Positions 52,171 through 61,982 of a DNA stretch of 64,000 nucleotides are shown here, piece after piece. This stretch comes from an uncultured Acidobacteriota bacterium (GTDB lineage Bacteria; Acidobacteriota; UBA6911): NCBI GenBank assembly GCA_963809485.1, contig CAWEJX010000008.1, forward strand, positions 544,001-608,000. Direction: 5' to 3'. The position numbers were made by a program, and so were the translations under genes. The notes below the pieces were generated by a model. It did not search any database, had not been told where the DNA came from, and saw only the letters and a list, made by a program, of their open reading frames with translations. How positions within the stretch are numbered: position 1 is the first letter of the stretch; the number at the start of each line of letters is the position of its first letter.

Positions 52171-53396
52171 ATTGTTTATGGCGATCAAACAAAATCTGAA
52201 AATCAAAACCTTCTTTGGAACGAACGCCAATGCAGTCAAGACGCAGATTTGGACGGCGCTAATCGCAATGCCGGTCTTTCGCTACCTGCAGCTGATGTCG
52301 ACATTCGGCTGGTCGCTTTCGAATCTGTCTGCCTTGCTGCGGCATCAATTGTTTGTCTACCGCGATCTTTTTGCGTGGTTGAATGCACGCTTGAAGGCCC
52401 GCCGCAGTTGGCGGAACCTTCCAAAGCCCAACTGTCTTTGGGGATTATACCGTAGTTGGACAGCAGAATTGATGACAATAGTTACAAAATCAACGGACGG
52501 GAACCTTAACCCGACTTTGACAACTGGAGGGGTGGAGCACCCGTAAATAGTTGAAATCATTAGACGGCATTCGCAAAGCTGCATGATCATTTATCACGTG
52601 GTTTTCGAAGTCACCATGCCTTGGGGACACTGGGCGCTAAATCGCGCGTCAGCATTTCCCATGGCTTGCATTGTTGCTCTATTGAGTGTATTTCTTTTAA
52701 GGAGATGGCAAAAGACGACGGAATCCTGCCGCAGGATACCATAGATCCCAAATGGCAAGAAAAGATCATGCGTAAGGCAGAACGGACGCGCATCTTCCGT
52801 TCGACCGACGGTCTGCCGGACTTGGGAGCGAGGAGTGCAATCGTTGATGGAGAATTGGCGGCCGCTGTAATCACTGCGCGCATTCATAACGTATGGAACA
52901 TCCTTTTTGGCTGGAGCCACCGACTTTTTTTAAGCAAATATGTCAACCATGCCCTATTTTTTGCGATGGGCTGTGACATTCTTTCGCAATCTACCGTTGA
53001 GACAATCTTCTGTAGCGTTCAGTCGCCGGATTCAAGTGAAAACGTTGATGAGTTCAACTTACCAATGAACTTTATAGCAAATCCTTTTCGACTGTGCGTG
53101 GCTCCTAATCCTTTAATGACAATCTTTGTCAATTATTTTTCATGCAAGGTGTTCTTAAAACTGCATTGCCGCTATCCGGCCGGCTATCCCTTAACCACAA
53201 CGGCAGGCATTCCTGCTTTCTATCTGCAAGCAATATGTCCACCTAGAGATCAATCCCAGCCTGAATGTATGGTCGATCGAAATACCACACTGTTGCAGAA
53301 ACCGAATTTTGGCGTGGAAAACATAATACTGAGGGCGTTATTTAACGCCTTTCGCCTCTATTTGAAAGAAGATAATTATGGCTGTGCGAGTTCGCC

Positions 53397-54023
53397 ATGC
53401 TTAGCATACGAAATCTAGCGTTAGAAGATCTATCTGTTATCGCCAAATTACATATGGATCATATGCCGTTGACTTTTCCGCCCTGCCGGCCTTACTTCAA
53501 TTTGATGAAGCTGATCTATTCTTCTTTTTTAGTCACTAAAGAGGGCATTTGCCACGTAGCGACAATAGATGATAGCATTATTGGCTATGTGTGTTTCCAT
53601 AAATGTTCAAAACATATTTATATCAGTGCATTTAAAAATTGCCCCGTCGGGTTTTGCTGGAATGCTATGGTGCTGTTTTTCCGGTTTCCTGTTTTTTTCC
53701 TAAAAGGCGTGCCTCGCGTACTTGGAACACTATCATTATCAAGAACAAGCGAGCAACCGGCGACGCCGGATTCTGATTTATGGAAAGGGCTTTATGAGTT
53801 GCGCCCTATAGTAGTCAGAAAGGACAAACAAGGAACTTCAGTAGCCGATAGATTGATATCCTGCGGGGAAAATAGTCTGATCAACAGCGGGGAAAACAAA
53901 TACTTCCTGCGCGTCAGAAAGGATAACGCCAGAGCAATCGCCTTTTACAATAAAATGGGTTTCATAACAGTGCGAGATGAAGGAGTTCGAATTGTTATGG
54001 TCAAGGACATTAAAGGACATTAG
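53397..54023 (+). CDS. GNAT N-acetyltransferase
   Basis: ELRPIVVRKDKQGTSVA, LRVRKDNARAIAFYNKMGF. Confidence 0.85.
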   Translation: MLSIRNLALEDLSVIAKLHMDHMPLTFPPCRPYFNLMKLIYSSFLVTKEGICHVATIDDSIIGYVCFHKCSKHIYISAFKNCPVGFCWNAMVLFFRFPVFFLKGVPRVLGTLSLSRTSEQPATPDSDLWKGLYELRPIVVRKDKQGTSVADRLISCGENSLINSGENKYFLRVRKDNARAIAFYNKMGFITVRDEGVRIVMVKDIKGH

Positions 54024-54123
54024 AGGATAATTTTGTGATCCCCCTTGAACCATGGTTTGCGAGACTGTAAGGGGTATCGCGAGAACGCATGTATTGATTC
54101 GTGATAAGACATAGGTCTTATTA

Positions 54124-55197
54124 GTGCGGATATGTCAGCGGAAGGGGAGGTATGTAGCGGTGGGCAATGAAAAAAGATGTGTTACCTGCATATTGCCGGA
54201 GCCATTTCCGGGAATAACCTTGAATGAAAATGGCATATGTAATTACTGCTCATCTTATGAAAAAATCATCCCGTTGGGAGATAACGAATTGCTGGATGTT
54301 TTGGATAGGCAAAAAAGTAAAAGCTATGATTGTGTTATTCCTTTAAGTGGGGGCAAGGATAGCACCTATGTTTTATATTATGCCGTGAAGAAGTTGGGAT
54401 TAAAGGTTATCTGCGTTAATTACGATTCTGGTTTCCAATCGAAAATAGCAATCAGAAATATGAAACGCGCTTGTGAGATATTGGATGTGCCGCTGGTGAT
54501 TTATGAAGCAGACTTCCATAAAAGAGCCAGAATTGTGAAGAGAATTTTAAGCATAGCCCCGACTGTTGGAATACCTATCGGTATTTGTGCGAATTGCCAT
54601 AACGGCATACGAAGTGCATCCATGCGTGTGGCGAAGCTTCATGGTATAAAGACTGTAATTTCAGGGACAACACAATTTGAGCGCTTCGGAGCCAACCCTA
54701 TAACAGGAAGCAACTATTCGGTGAGAAGATTGGCAAAGTGTAGCTTACCCAAGATTCTGCCTAGCTTAATGCGAGTATCTGTACTAATTGGCATTGAACG
54801 GATTCGGCTTAGCATGCCGCTTTGGGATAGGAAATATTTTTTCGGAGATAAGTCGAATGTGAAAACCGTTCATCTTTACGATTATATTCCTTGGGCTTGC
54901 ATGCATAAAGACATCGTGGGCTTGTTAGCAAACGAGGTAGGTTGGGAGCATTCCAAAGAGCGAGTAGATAGGTTCGACTGCATGCTGCATCCTTTTCTAA
55001 ATTACAAATGGTTTAAGGAAACGGGGATTTCCCTGGATGGCTACCTATATTGCGATATGGTAAGGATGGGAGCTATGTCCAGAGAGGATGCATTAAGCCG
55101 TGAGCAAACAATAGAAAAGAGACTGCAGGAAGATTGTTTTGAACTGGTTAAGCTTCCTGAATTCAATAACGTAGCGCTGGATTGGTTACGACCTTAG
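54124..55197 (+). CDS. PP-loop N-acetyl sugar amidotransferase (WbpG/WbuX-like)
   Basis: RCVTCILP..GICNYC, YDCVIPLSGGKDSTY, CANC, FDC, MSREDAL; start may be GTG 54160. Confidence 0.85.
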   Translation: MRICQRKGRYVAVGNEKRCVTCILPEPFPGITLNENGICNYCSSYEKIIPLGDNELLDVLDRQKSKSYDCVIPLSGGKDSTYVLYYAVKKLGLKVICVNYDSGFQSKIAIRNMKRACEILDVPLVIYEADFHKRARIVKRILSIAPTVGIPIGICANCHNGIRSASMRVAKLHGIKTVISGTTQFERFGANPITGSNYSVRRLAKCSLPKILPSLMRVSVLIGIERIRLSMPLWDRKYFFGDKSNVKTVHLYDYIPWACMHKDIVGLLANEVGWEHSKERVDRFDCMLHPFLNYKWFKETGISLDGYLYCDMVRMGAMSREDALSREQTIEKRLQEDCFELVKLPEFNNVALDWLRP

Positions 55198-55286
55198 GTT
55201 TTCCCCAATTTGTATTTTATGGGGATCAAACCCCATTCTTCAACAAGATATTGCACTCACCCCGCTTTACCAAAAAGGAGAATTCG

Positions 55287-56540
55287 TTGGAATATCGCAC
55301 ATTGGGTAGGACTGGACTTGACGTGAGTGTAATTGGTTTAGGTGGGGCACACTATATGCAAATATTGCCACAAAAATCAGTTTTTTCGATTGTTCAAGAA
55401 GCCTTGGACAACGGAATCAACTATATTGATCTTTATTCCGCTAATCCCTATGTCCGTGACAAAATTGGGTTAGCCCTAAAGGGCAAACGCGAAAATGCAA
55501 TAGTTGCGGCCCATCTGGGTGTGTCAGAGAAACATGGACAATATTGTAGAACAAGAGACGAAGGAGAGTGCCGCAAATTCTTCATTGACTTCCTATCTCG
55601 ATTGCGCACCGATTGGGTGGAAATTCTAATGTTGCATTTTATCGATCTGGAAAATGATTATGAAAATGTCTTCAATGGGGGCATGCTGCAATTAGCGCAG
55701 AAATATAAAAGCGAGGGGAAAGCTCGCTTTATAGGAATGAGCAGCCATAACCTGGACGTTTCTTTGAAAGCTGTAAAGAGTGGGCAGATCGATGTCCTTA
55801 TGTATCCAATCAACATTACAAATCACACTATGCCGGATCGGCAAAAGCTTCTTAATACCTGCATCACTGAAGGGGTCGGGTTGGTCGCAATGAAACCCTT
55901 TGCAGGGGGAACTCTTCTTCAGCGAAGCGCAAGTGTTTTCACCGACACCCTCAGTTCAGGTTGGAGGAGTTTTCATAGAAACCAAGCCATTTCAGGAACC
56001 CCAATACAGTGTATCAGCTATGTACTGTCCCAAGCAGGAGTATCCACAGTTGTGCCCGGAATAAAAAGCGCTGCGGAATTGCAGGCAGCTCTTCGCTTCT
56101 TAAACGCCAGTTCCGAAGAGAAAAGCTTTGACTCGCTCGTAAAAACTCTTGACCTTTACATGGAAGGTGGATGCGTATACTGCAATCACTGTTTGCCATG
56201 TCCCTCTTCTATAGATATCGCCGGAGTTATTCGACTTGTAGAGACATCAAAGCACGCCTTTACGAGGAATCTATACTCTGAGTATAACGAACTTCCAGCA
56301 AAGGGTTCTGACTGTATAGAATGTGAAGCATGTATGGAGCGTTGTCCTTTCAGTGTGGATATAATTTTCAAGATGAAAGAAGCCAAGCGATTATTCGAAG
56401 GCAGCATGTACCAGGCTTGGATCCGATCGCTATATTGGCGTCTTTATAAGTTTCAATTATTCTGGCCCATTTTAAGAGCTTCAAGGAAGCTCAAGACGAA
56501 TCTTCAAAATTTACTGCTTCAGCAAAAGTGGGACAAATAG
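55287..56540 (+). CDS. Aldo/keto reductase with C-terminal 4Fe-4S dicluster
   Basis: AAGGAG RBS + TTG; YRTLGRTGLDVSVIGLG, AMKPFAGG, CVYCNHCLPCP, CIECEACMERCPF. Confidence 0.9.
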   Translation: MEYRTLGRTGLDVSVIGLGGAHYMQILPQKSVFSIVQEALDNGINYIDLYSANPYVRDKIGLALKGKRENAIVAAHLGVSEKHGQYCRTRDEGECRKFFIDFLSRLRTDWVEILMLHFIDLENDYENVFNGGMLQLAQKYKSEGKARFIGMSSHNLDVSLKAVKSGQIDVLMYPINITNHTMPDRQKLLNTCITEGVGLVAMKPFAGGTLLQRSASVFTDTLSSGWRSFHRNQAISGTPIQCISYVLSQAGVSTVVPGIKSAAELQAALRFLNASSEEKSFDSLVKTLDLYMEGGCVYCNHCLPCPSSIDIAGVIRLVETSKHAFTRNLYSEYNELPAKGSDCIECEACMERCPFSVDIIFKMKEAKRLFEGSMYQAWIRSLYWRLYKFQLFWPILRASRKLKTNLQNLLLQQKWDK

Positions 56541-56684
56541 ATCGTAAAAACAAGAGACACTTGGCACCGTGTCCTTTCGGCACGCTTGTCGAGCTATAAG
56601 AGTTCTCCTCAGCTGAATGCATTCCCAAGGTATTGCATTAAGCTTTTGAAGTATACAATTTTTCAGAACAGCGAGTATTGGACA

Positions 56685-57254
56685 ATGAAGTCTGATGATA
56701 CACAACTCAAATGTCAAATCCCTGGTTTGCAGGGGATGTCAGAGGGTCCTGCCGAAGCTCCGCCCGATTCTCTAATTGAACGTTTAAAGCTGATGATCAG
56801 GAGACGATTAGGCCCAAGCACTGAGAGAAAAATAAAAATTTTCACAAATGATCTCATGAACCGGTTTTACAGGTTGACAGGCAGGATCCCGAAACCATCC
56901 GTTTCGCCAGGAAATAACTTCTCGGCAGGTTTGCAGGCAGGCGATTGGGTGAGAGTGCGCCCGTTGAACGACATTGAGGCTACACTGAACCACTGGAGAC
57001 AACTCAAAGGTTGCGCATTTATGCCAGAAATGGCTGAATACTGTGGCACAACTCAGCGGGTTTTCAGGACGGTGAAGAGGTTTGTGGACGAACGTGATCT
57101 TCGGATAAAAAAGTCAAGAGGCATCGTACTGCTCGAAGGCGTTTTTTGTCAGCTCACGGCGGAACCCAGAGGCTGCGACCGTTCCTGTTTTCTCTTCTGG
57201 AGAGAGGAATGGCTGGAAAAGATTGATCCGTCTGACCGAATTTCCATTGAATGA
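56685..57254 (+). CDS. Conserved Cys-rich hypothetical protein
   Basis: GDWVRVR..IEATL..GCAFMPEMAEYCG..IVLLEGVFC..GCDRSCFLFWREEWLE. Confidence 0.7.
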   Translation: MKSDDTQLKCQIPGLQGMSEGPAEAPPDSLIERLKLMIRRRLGPSTERKIKIFTNDLMNRFYRLTGRIPKPSVSPGNNFSAGLQAGDWVRVRPLNDIEATLNHWRQLKGCAFMPEMAEYCGTTQRVFRTVKRFVDERDLRIKKSRGIVLLEGVFCQLTAEPRGCDRSCFLFWREEWLEKIDPSDRISIE

Positions 57255-57470
57255 CTTGGACGTAGTGATCGGCGAAGATCCCTTTCGTTTCTGTGGGGAA
57301 GGACATTATGGCGATCGGATTTCGAGGAATGGCTATATTGATGGAGCAATTAGCACTGTTTTCGACGGTGTAAATTGATTGTAAAATTGTAAGAGATTTC
57401 TTATATTTTTAAAGGCGATTAGCCAGGAAGCTTTTGCCAAAAAGGTTCAATTCAGTTCCGGCCATACCCT

Positions 57471-58139
57471 ATGACTCGTTCTGAGCCTGAAATACGGATC
57501 CTGATCGCGGATGATCATGCTATTTTTCGCGATGGATTGAAGACGATGATCACCGGCGAGCGGGGATTTCATGTAGTTGGAGAAGCAAGCGACGGCGATG
57601 AAGCCATTCGGCTGGTCGAGATATTGAATCCGGATGTGCTACTGCTCGATCTACTCATGCCGAAAGTATCGGGACTGGAAGTGTTGAAATCGCTTGCAGA
57701 TAAGCGCAAGAAAGTTCGGTCCATCATATTATCTGGCGCGGCGGATGGAGCAGATATTTCCCGTGCTTTCGAACTGGGGGCACAGGGGCTGGTATTGAAG
57801 GAGTCTGCAACCACTCTCCTGTTCAAGAGCATCACTGCGGTGATGGCAGGGAAATACTGGATTGGGCAGACCAGCGTCGCTACTCTGGCCCAGTCCCTCA
57901 ATCATTACAGGGATTCAGCCAAAAGCAACAAAAAGAAAAACTTCGGGCTTACAGAGCGGGAAATGGAAATCGTCGGGGCGGTCGTATCGGGATATCCCAA
58001 CAAGGAGATTGCCGGCCGATATGGAATCAGTGAGCAGACGGTCAAACACCACATCACAAATATCTTCGACAAACTGGGCGTATACAACCGCCTGGAACTT
58101 ACTTTATTTGTCTTTCACCACAACCTGATCGAAAAATAA
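57471..58139 (+). CDS. NarL/LuxR-family response regulator
   Basis: ILIADDH, LLLDLLMP, LVLK; LTEREMEIV..NKEIA..ISEQTVKHHITNIFDKLGV. Confidence 0.95.
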   Translation: MTRSEPEIRILIADDHAIFRDGLKTMITGERGFHVVGEASDGDEAIRLVEILNPDVLLLDLLMPKVSGLEVLKSLADKRKKVRSIILSGAADGADISRAFELGAQGLVLKESATTLLFKSITAVMAGKYWIGQTSVATLAQSLNHYRDSAKSNKKKNFGLTEREMEIVGAVVSGYPNKEIAGRYGISEQTVKHHITNIFDKLGVYNRLELTLFVFHHNLIEK

Positions 58140-58236
58140 AGGCGCCACGGATTCCGCGATATGATACGGCTTTATAAACTGGTGGGATTCGTGCCGTTTT
58201 TGGGTTTTTCCGGCATGCCTTTATAGGTTGCTGGCA

Positions 58237-58479
58237 CTATAGATTAAGTTTGTCGAGCAACTGTTCCAAGGTCATGGAATGATGATGGGCTATGCTTTTG
58301 AGGATTTGCTGCAGTGTTCCAACTTTTATAGGATTATGGCTTGGTATAACTTCGTGATGCTCCCCATCCAGATTTGTTGTTAATCGCATATGGGAGCCTT
58401 TTTGCCGAGTGACAGTGTATCCAAGGCTGGTTAGCTAACGAACTAATCGCCCAGCCGATATATCACGAGGGGTTCTCAA
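58237..58479 (-). pseudogene. hicA: HicA mRNA-interferase toxin with in-frame TAG at codon 15
   Basis: LRTPRDISAGRLVR*LTSLGYTVTRQKGSHMRL..IPSHNPIKVGTLQQILK; TTG overlaps hicB stop. Confidence 0.85.
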
Positions 58480-58688
58480 GGGGCCAAAACCTCATCACGT
58501 ACAAAATGAAGGCGAATCATTCCCACAGGATCCATAGACTCGTCAAAATAGCATGCTACGGCTTCACGAATGCGCTCCCGCAACTCGAAAAGAGAATCCG
58601 CCTCGGTGTGTATGCCATAACCGATTGCCGAGGCTGAATATCCACCGTCAATCTCATCCTCGGTCACTTCGAAAATAATCTCCTTCAT
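58476..58688 (-). CDS. hicB: HicB-like antitoxin (short)
   Basis: EIIFEVTED..GGYSASAIGYGIHTEADSLFELRERIREAVACYF. Confidence 0.82.
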   Translation of the reverse strand: MKEIIFEVTEDEIDGGYSASAIGYGIHTEADSLFELRERIREAVACYFDESMDPVGMIRLHFVRDEVLAP

Positions 58689-58739
58689 GTTTCACCTGCC
58701 AACTGAATTTTACCAAAAACCACAGGGATTAATACGGAT

Positions 58740-59492
58740 TCACGGATTTTCCATCCGGGATTTGATCTTTTCCCAGGAACCGGTGATCAGAAAGCTCTCG
58801 TCCATGTCGGCGACCATGCGCTCGAATTTTGCCACCGGGACAGCGAATGTCAGAGTGTTGGGATCGACGCCGGGACGGGCCGAAACATCGAACATTCCCA
58901 GGATAGCGCGCGGGCGGTCCGAGGCGCACTCCTGCAGCGGGTATTGGACGATGGTCGCGCACCCGGCCCCCATAGGGCAGAAGACGGCGTTGTTCGTGGG
59001 CTCGTCGTAGTTGGCTAGCGTGTAAAGGCCAGAAAGCACATCCGGCGGGGAGTAGAAAATCACGACCTGCGGGTTGTCCGCCGTATCCAGCGTGTCCCAG
59101 CGCTTGAAGACGATGTATTTGGCAGGCGCCGGCAGGACGGGGTTGTTCTTGAGCAATTCTATGACAAGTTCCGGAGATTTTTTGTATCGTTCGCCTTCGA
59201 GCTTTCCGGGAATGCCGCAGGAGAGAAAGTACTCGAAATTCGGCATCACGCCCTGAGTGAAGCCCAGGTAGCGCTTCCCTCCCGGGCAGATGACGGTCTT
59301 CGCGTCGAAGCGCAGGGAGTGGCCTTGCCGCACGGCAGCCAAGTCATCGACAAAACAATGCCGACCTTCCACTGTGCCAGGGGGAGGCACATTTCCCGGC
59401 TCGTCCGTGTAGTAGAAAGTGATTGGCAGTCCCGCGCCGGGGAAATATTTGTTCCATCTTTCAAGAAATTTCTCTTTCAGTTCTTTTTTCAT
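58740..59492 (-). CDS. DUF169 family protein
   Basis: HCF..CPGGKRYLGF..EGERYKKSPE..PDVLSGLYTLANY..GAGC..GMFDVSAR. Confidence 0.8.
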   Translation of the reverse strand: MKKELKEKFLERWNKYFPGAGLPITFYYTDEPGNVPPPGTVEGRHCFVDDLAAVRQGHSLRFDAKTVICPGGKRYLGFTQGVMPNFEYFLSCGIPGKLEGERYKKSPELVIELLKNNPVLPAPAKYIVFKRWDTLDTADNPQVVIFYSPPDVLSGLYTLANYDEPTNNAVFCPMGAGCATIVQYPLQECASDRPRAILGMFDVSARPGVDPNTLTFAVPVAKFERMVADMDESFLITGSWEKIKSRMENP

Positions 59493-59710
59493 AGTTTTCT
59501 CAATATGCGATCCTTCGCAAGATTTTTGCCAATGCAGCTTAAAACATCAATCGCACGGCTCTGGAGAGCCGTGCTCACTAGAACCTGATGAGGGGACAGT
59601 CTGAGTATTCCTATCATTTGTGGCCATCGGCCACGCCAGGCAATTCACATCTAATGATAAGATAAAACCCTGAGACCGGCCATTGGAAATATGGGGGGAG
59701 ACAGTCAGCC

Positions 59711-61018
59711 TTAAGAGGCTCTACCCGAACCACTGAGGTAGGAAAGCACATGGGTGTCCATGCTGGGCAGGACTGCTTCTGAGCCGAATTGATCGCTGTT
59801 GATCTCGGCAATCAGGCTGCGGAGCTGGCTGGAAAAGACCTGTTCAAAGTATAGGCCGTAGAGCCTTTTGGTGATTAAGCCTCGTTGAAATGCCTTCTTC
59901 ATCAATCGTGCAAACCGCAGTCCGGTTGTTTCACCCTTAAGGTGCGCGCTATAGTGTTTTAATGCGATTTCAGTGGCAACCTTTATTGGGGACTGGCTTC
60001 GCTCCTGAGTTCTCTTAAGCAGGCTAACAACAACATCCCGATATAATGTCGTGCTCAAAGCCTTTATTCGGCCGATTTCAACGCCGCAGTCCAATAGAGA
60101 TGTTCCAAAAGCCCCTCCACAGTTGGAGACAAATCCAGGCAAACAGGTGATGCCGCGCTGGCGCAGCCGCTCGGCCGCGCTTTCCGTATAAGGAGCATTC
60201 GCCGCGGGCACAATGAAACGGGCGTGGATCGCTTCGGCGTCGTCGTCGCGAATCGACAGCACCCTGGCCGATGGAACAAAAATATCGGCATCGCTGTAGG
60301 CGATATGCTGTCTGTCGACAGGGCGGGCATTCTCCAGGTGCGAGACCATATCATCCCCATAGATGCGCCGAGCTTTGATGAGCTCCTCAGAAGCGAATCC
60401 GGTTTGCCTCTCGACTCCACCGCATTCGGTTGATAAAGCAACTATGCGGAATCGGGATGGATCCAGTCTTTGGGCGAGATGTGCGGCTACCCGCCCGAAT
60501 CCCTCGATGGCTATCGTGCAGGGCTGCTTGACTCCGGTCGCGATTTCACTGCAGGCTATAATTGAGTTTTCAACCGAAAGCGCCGTGAAATAGGAACTGT
60601 CCGTCGTCTTCCGAAGATTGATGCCCGCCCCGCGATAGACCGCGCGAAGGTCTTTTTCGCTGCAGTTCATATCCATGGCCGGATAATAAATTGCGCTATG
60701 GATGAGGGCAGCTGTTCTTCGTCCGAATTCTTCAAGTATGAGACGCCTCTCTGCGGGTTCCGTATTCCGGGGAATGCGAACTCCACTCTTGGCGCCGCCT
60801 CTCGGGAGACCCATGAAGCTAAATTTCAGGGTCATTTCACGTGAGAGAAGCCGCACTTCCGAGGCATCAATATCGTGGGCGATCCGGAGACCTCCCGAAC
60901 TGGTGCCGTTAATCAGGGAATCAATAGCTATATATCCTGACCAATTGGTTCCTTCGGTGACAATCATGAAATTGGGCGGCAAGGCGACACTCCTTTGGTT
61001 CAGCAATGCCCTGGACAC
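59711..61018 (-). CDS. Glu/Leu/Phe/Val dehydrogenase family protein
   Basis: SGGLR, REMTLKF, GGAKSG, IEGFGRVA, PAANAP, PGFVSNCGG. Confidence 0.85.
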   Translation of the reverse strand: MSRALLNQRSVALPPNFMIVTEGTNWSGYIAIDSLINGTSSGGLRIAHDIDASEVRLLSREMTLKFSFMGLPRGGAKSGVRIPRNTEPAERRLILEEFGRRTAALIHSAIYYPAMDMNCSEKDLRAVYRGAGINLRKTTDSSYFTALSVENSIIACSEIATGVKQPCTIAIEGFGRVAAHLAQRLDPSRFRIVALSTECGGVERQTGFASEELIKARRIYGDDMVSHLENARPVDRQHIAYSDADIFVPSARVLSIRDDDAEAIHARFIVPAANAPYTESAAERLRQRGITCLPGFVSNCGGAFGTSLLDCGVEIGRIKALSTTLYRDVVVSLLKRTQERSQSPIKVATEIALKHYSAHLKGETTGLRFARLMKKAFQRGLITKRLYGLYFEQVFSSQLRSLIAEINSDQFGSEAVLPSMDTHVLSYLSGSGRAS

Positions 61019-61109
61019 ACGAACACTTCCAGGCTATCCGATATCCTCTGGAAGCTCTGTTGAGCTATGTCCTTCTCATCGGACGAATTGGCAAATGTAA
61101 TTACGATTC

Positions 61110-61146
61110 AAATAGGGGGACGGTCACCAGTGTCCCCCTATTTTTT
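61110..61146 (+). terminator. GC hairpin followed by T-run
   Basis: AAATAGGGGGAC / GTCCCCCTATTT then TTT. Confidence 0.5.
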
Positions 61147-61184
61147 CTGAAATAAAACCATCCCGGGCGAAGCTTTATATGTCA

Positions 61185-61335
61185 GGCACCTCCGGTAAAG
61201 CCGGAGGCTTGAAAGATTGGAACCGCTCAAAGCGGTTGGAGGAGTTACGCCGGTCTTGAACGCTGACTTACGCGTATCTCAGCGTTTCAAAATACGGAGC
61301 CGTCAAACTCTATGAGTCCCCCGGCAGAGCCGGGA
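61185..61335. mobile_element. IS200/IS605-derived non-autonomous remnant (hairpin ends, no TnpA)
   Basis: CCTCCGGTAAAGCCGGAGG, AACCGCTCAAAGCGGTT, CCCGGCAGAGCCGGG hairpins. Confidence 0.5.
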
Positions 61336-61414
61336 TTTACCAATAGAATTATGGAACGCAAAGCTCGTGTGGTCATCCCCGGGTGGCCCCATCATGTCAC
61401 CCAGCAGTCGGTCC

Positions 61415-61778
61415 TAACTGGTTTCTGTCGCGAAACTCGGGTTTTGTGAAAAAGCCAAATTTTTCAACCGTCAATAGGATATTTGATATTACATGGAAGC
61501 CGATAATTGGAGTCAGGCCGCGTAGCGGCCAGCTGAATTTAGCCAGGCCTTTTAAGGCCTGGATCGAAAGGAGTTAAGTTTTCCGTCGCGTAGCGACGGC
61601 TGAATCTCAGGCGTCGCTACGCGACGCGCTGCTCGCTGTACCATGGTTCCCGGCCTTGAAAGGCCGGGCTAAAATCATAGTGCCGCTACGCGGCACAAAC
61701 CAGTTTCGCGACAGAAACAACGCTAAAATCATAGTGCCGCTACGCGGCACAAACCAGTTTCGCGACAGAAACCCACTA
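61415..61778. mobile_element. MITE-like unit with 18-bp TIRs enclosing a REPIN-like palindrome cluster and a 51-bp tandem duplication
   Basis: GGTTTCTGTCGCGAAACT (61420-61437) / AGTTTCGCGACAGAAACC (61756-61773), TA at both ends; direct repeats 61668-61718 and 61722-61772. Confidence 0.7.
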
Positions 61779-61982
61779 AGTCGGATTCCCAAAGCGGCAG
61801 CACCAAAATTGTCCGCTCCAGGAAAAAATCAAAGAAAGAAATGAACACCCAAGAAGCCTGGAGCCTGGAATCTGGGAAATAAATGGGTGTCCCCAAGAGA
61901 CCTGCAAAAGCCCTGGACTGATGGGTGTCCTAAAGGTCAAGAGGTCTCCTGAGGGTGTCAGATTAGGGTGGAAAGTGAAAGG

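Larger units (their letters stand above)
50061..52470 (+). mobile_element. IS4-family (DUF4372-type) element, degenerate and interrupted
   Basis: TIR-like CACTGCTGTCCCAAC (50061) / GTTGGACAGCAG (52455); N-part FVAMLF..SLREI..RSTLAYAN..LDSSVI..KGAVKLH (~50290-50830); C-part KQNLKIKTFFGTNANAVKTQIWTALI (52172-52450). Confidence 0.85.

Noticed and set aside
52621-53418. 265-aa ORF
   Set aside because: No recognisable motifs, weak TTG start and mixed composition; probably spurious or decayed sequence.
58435-58437. Pyrrolysine or recoded TAG in hicA
   Set aside because: TAG is used as a normal stop by other genes here and no pyl genes are in the window.
61668-61772. Two 51-bp direct repeats as a mini-CRISPR
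   Set aside because: Only 3 bp between copies; better explained as a duplicated element end.
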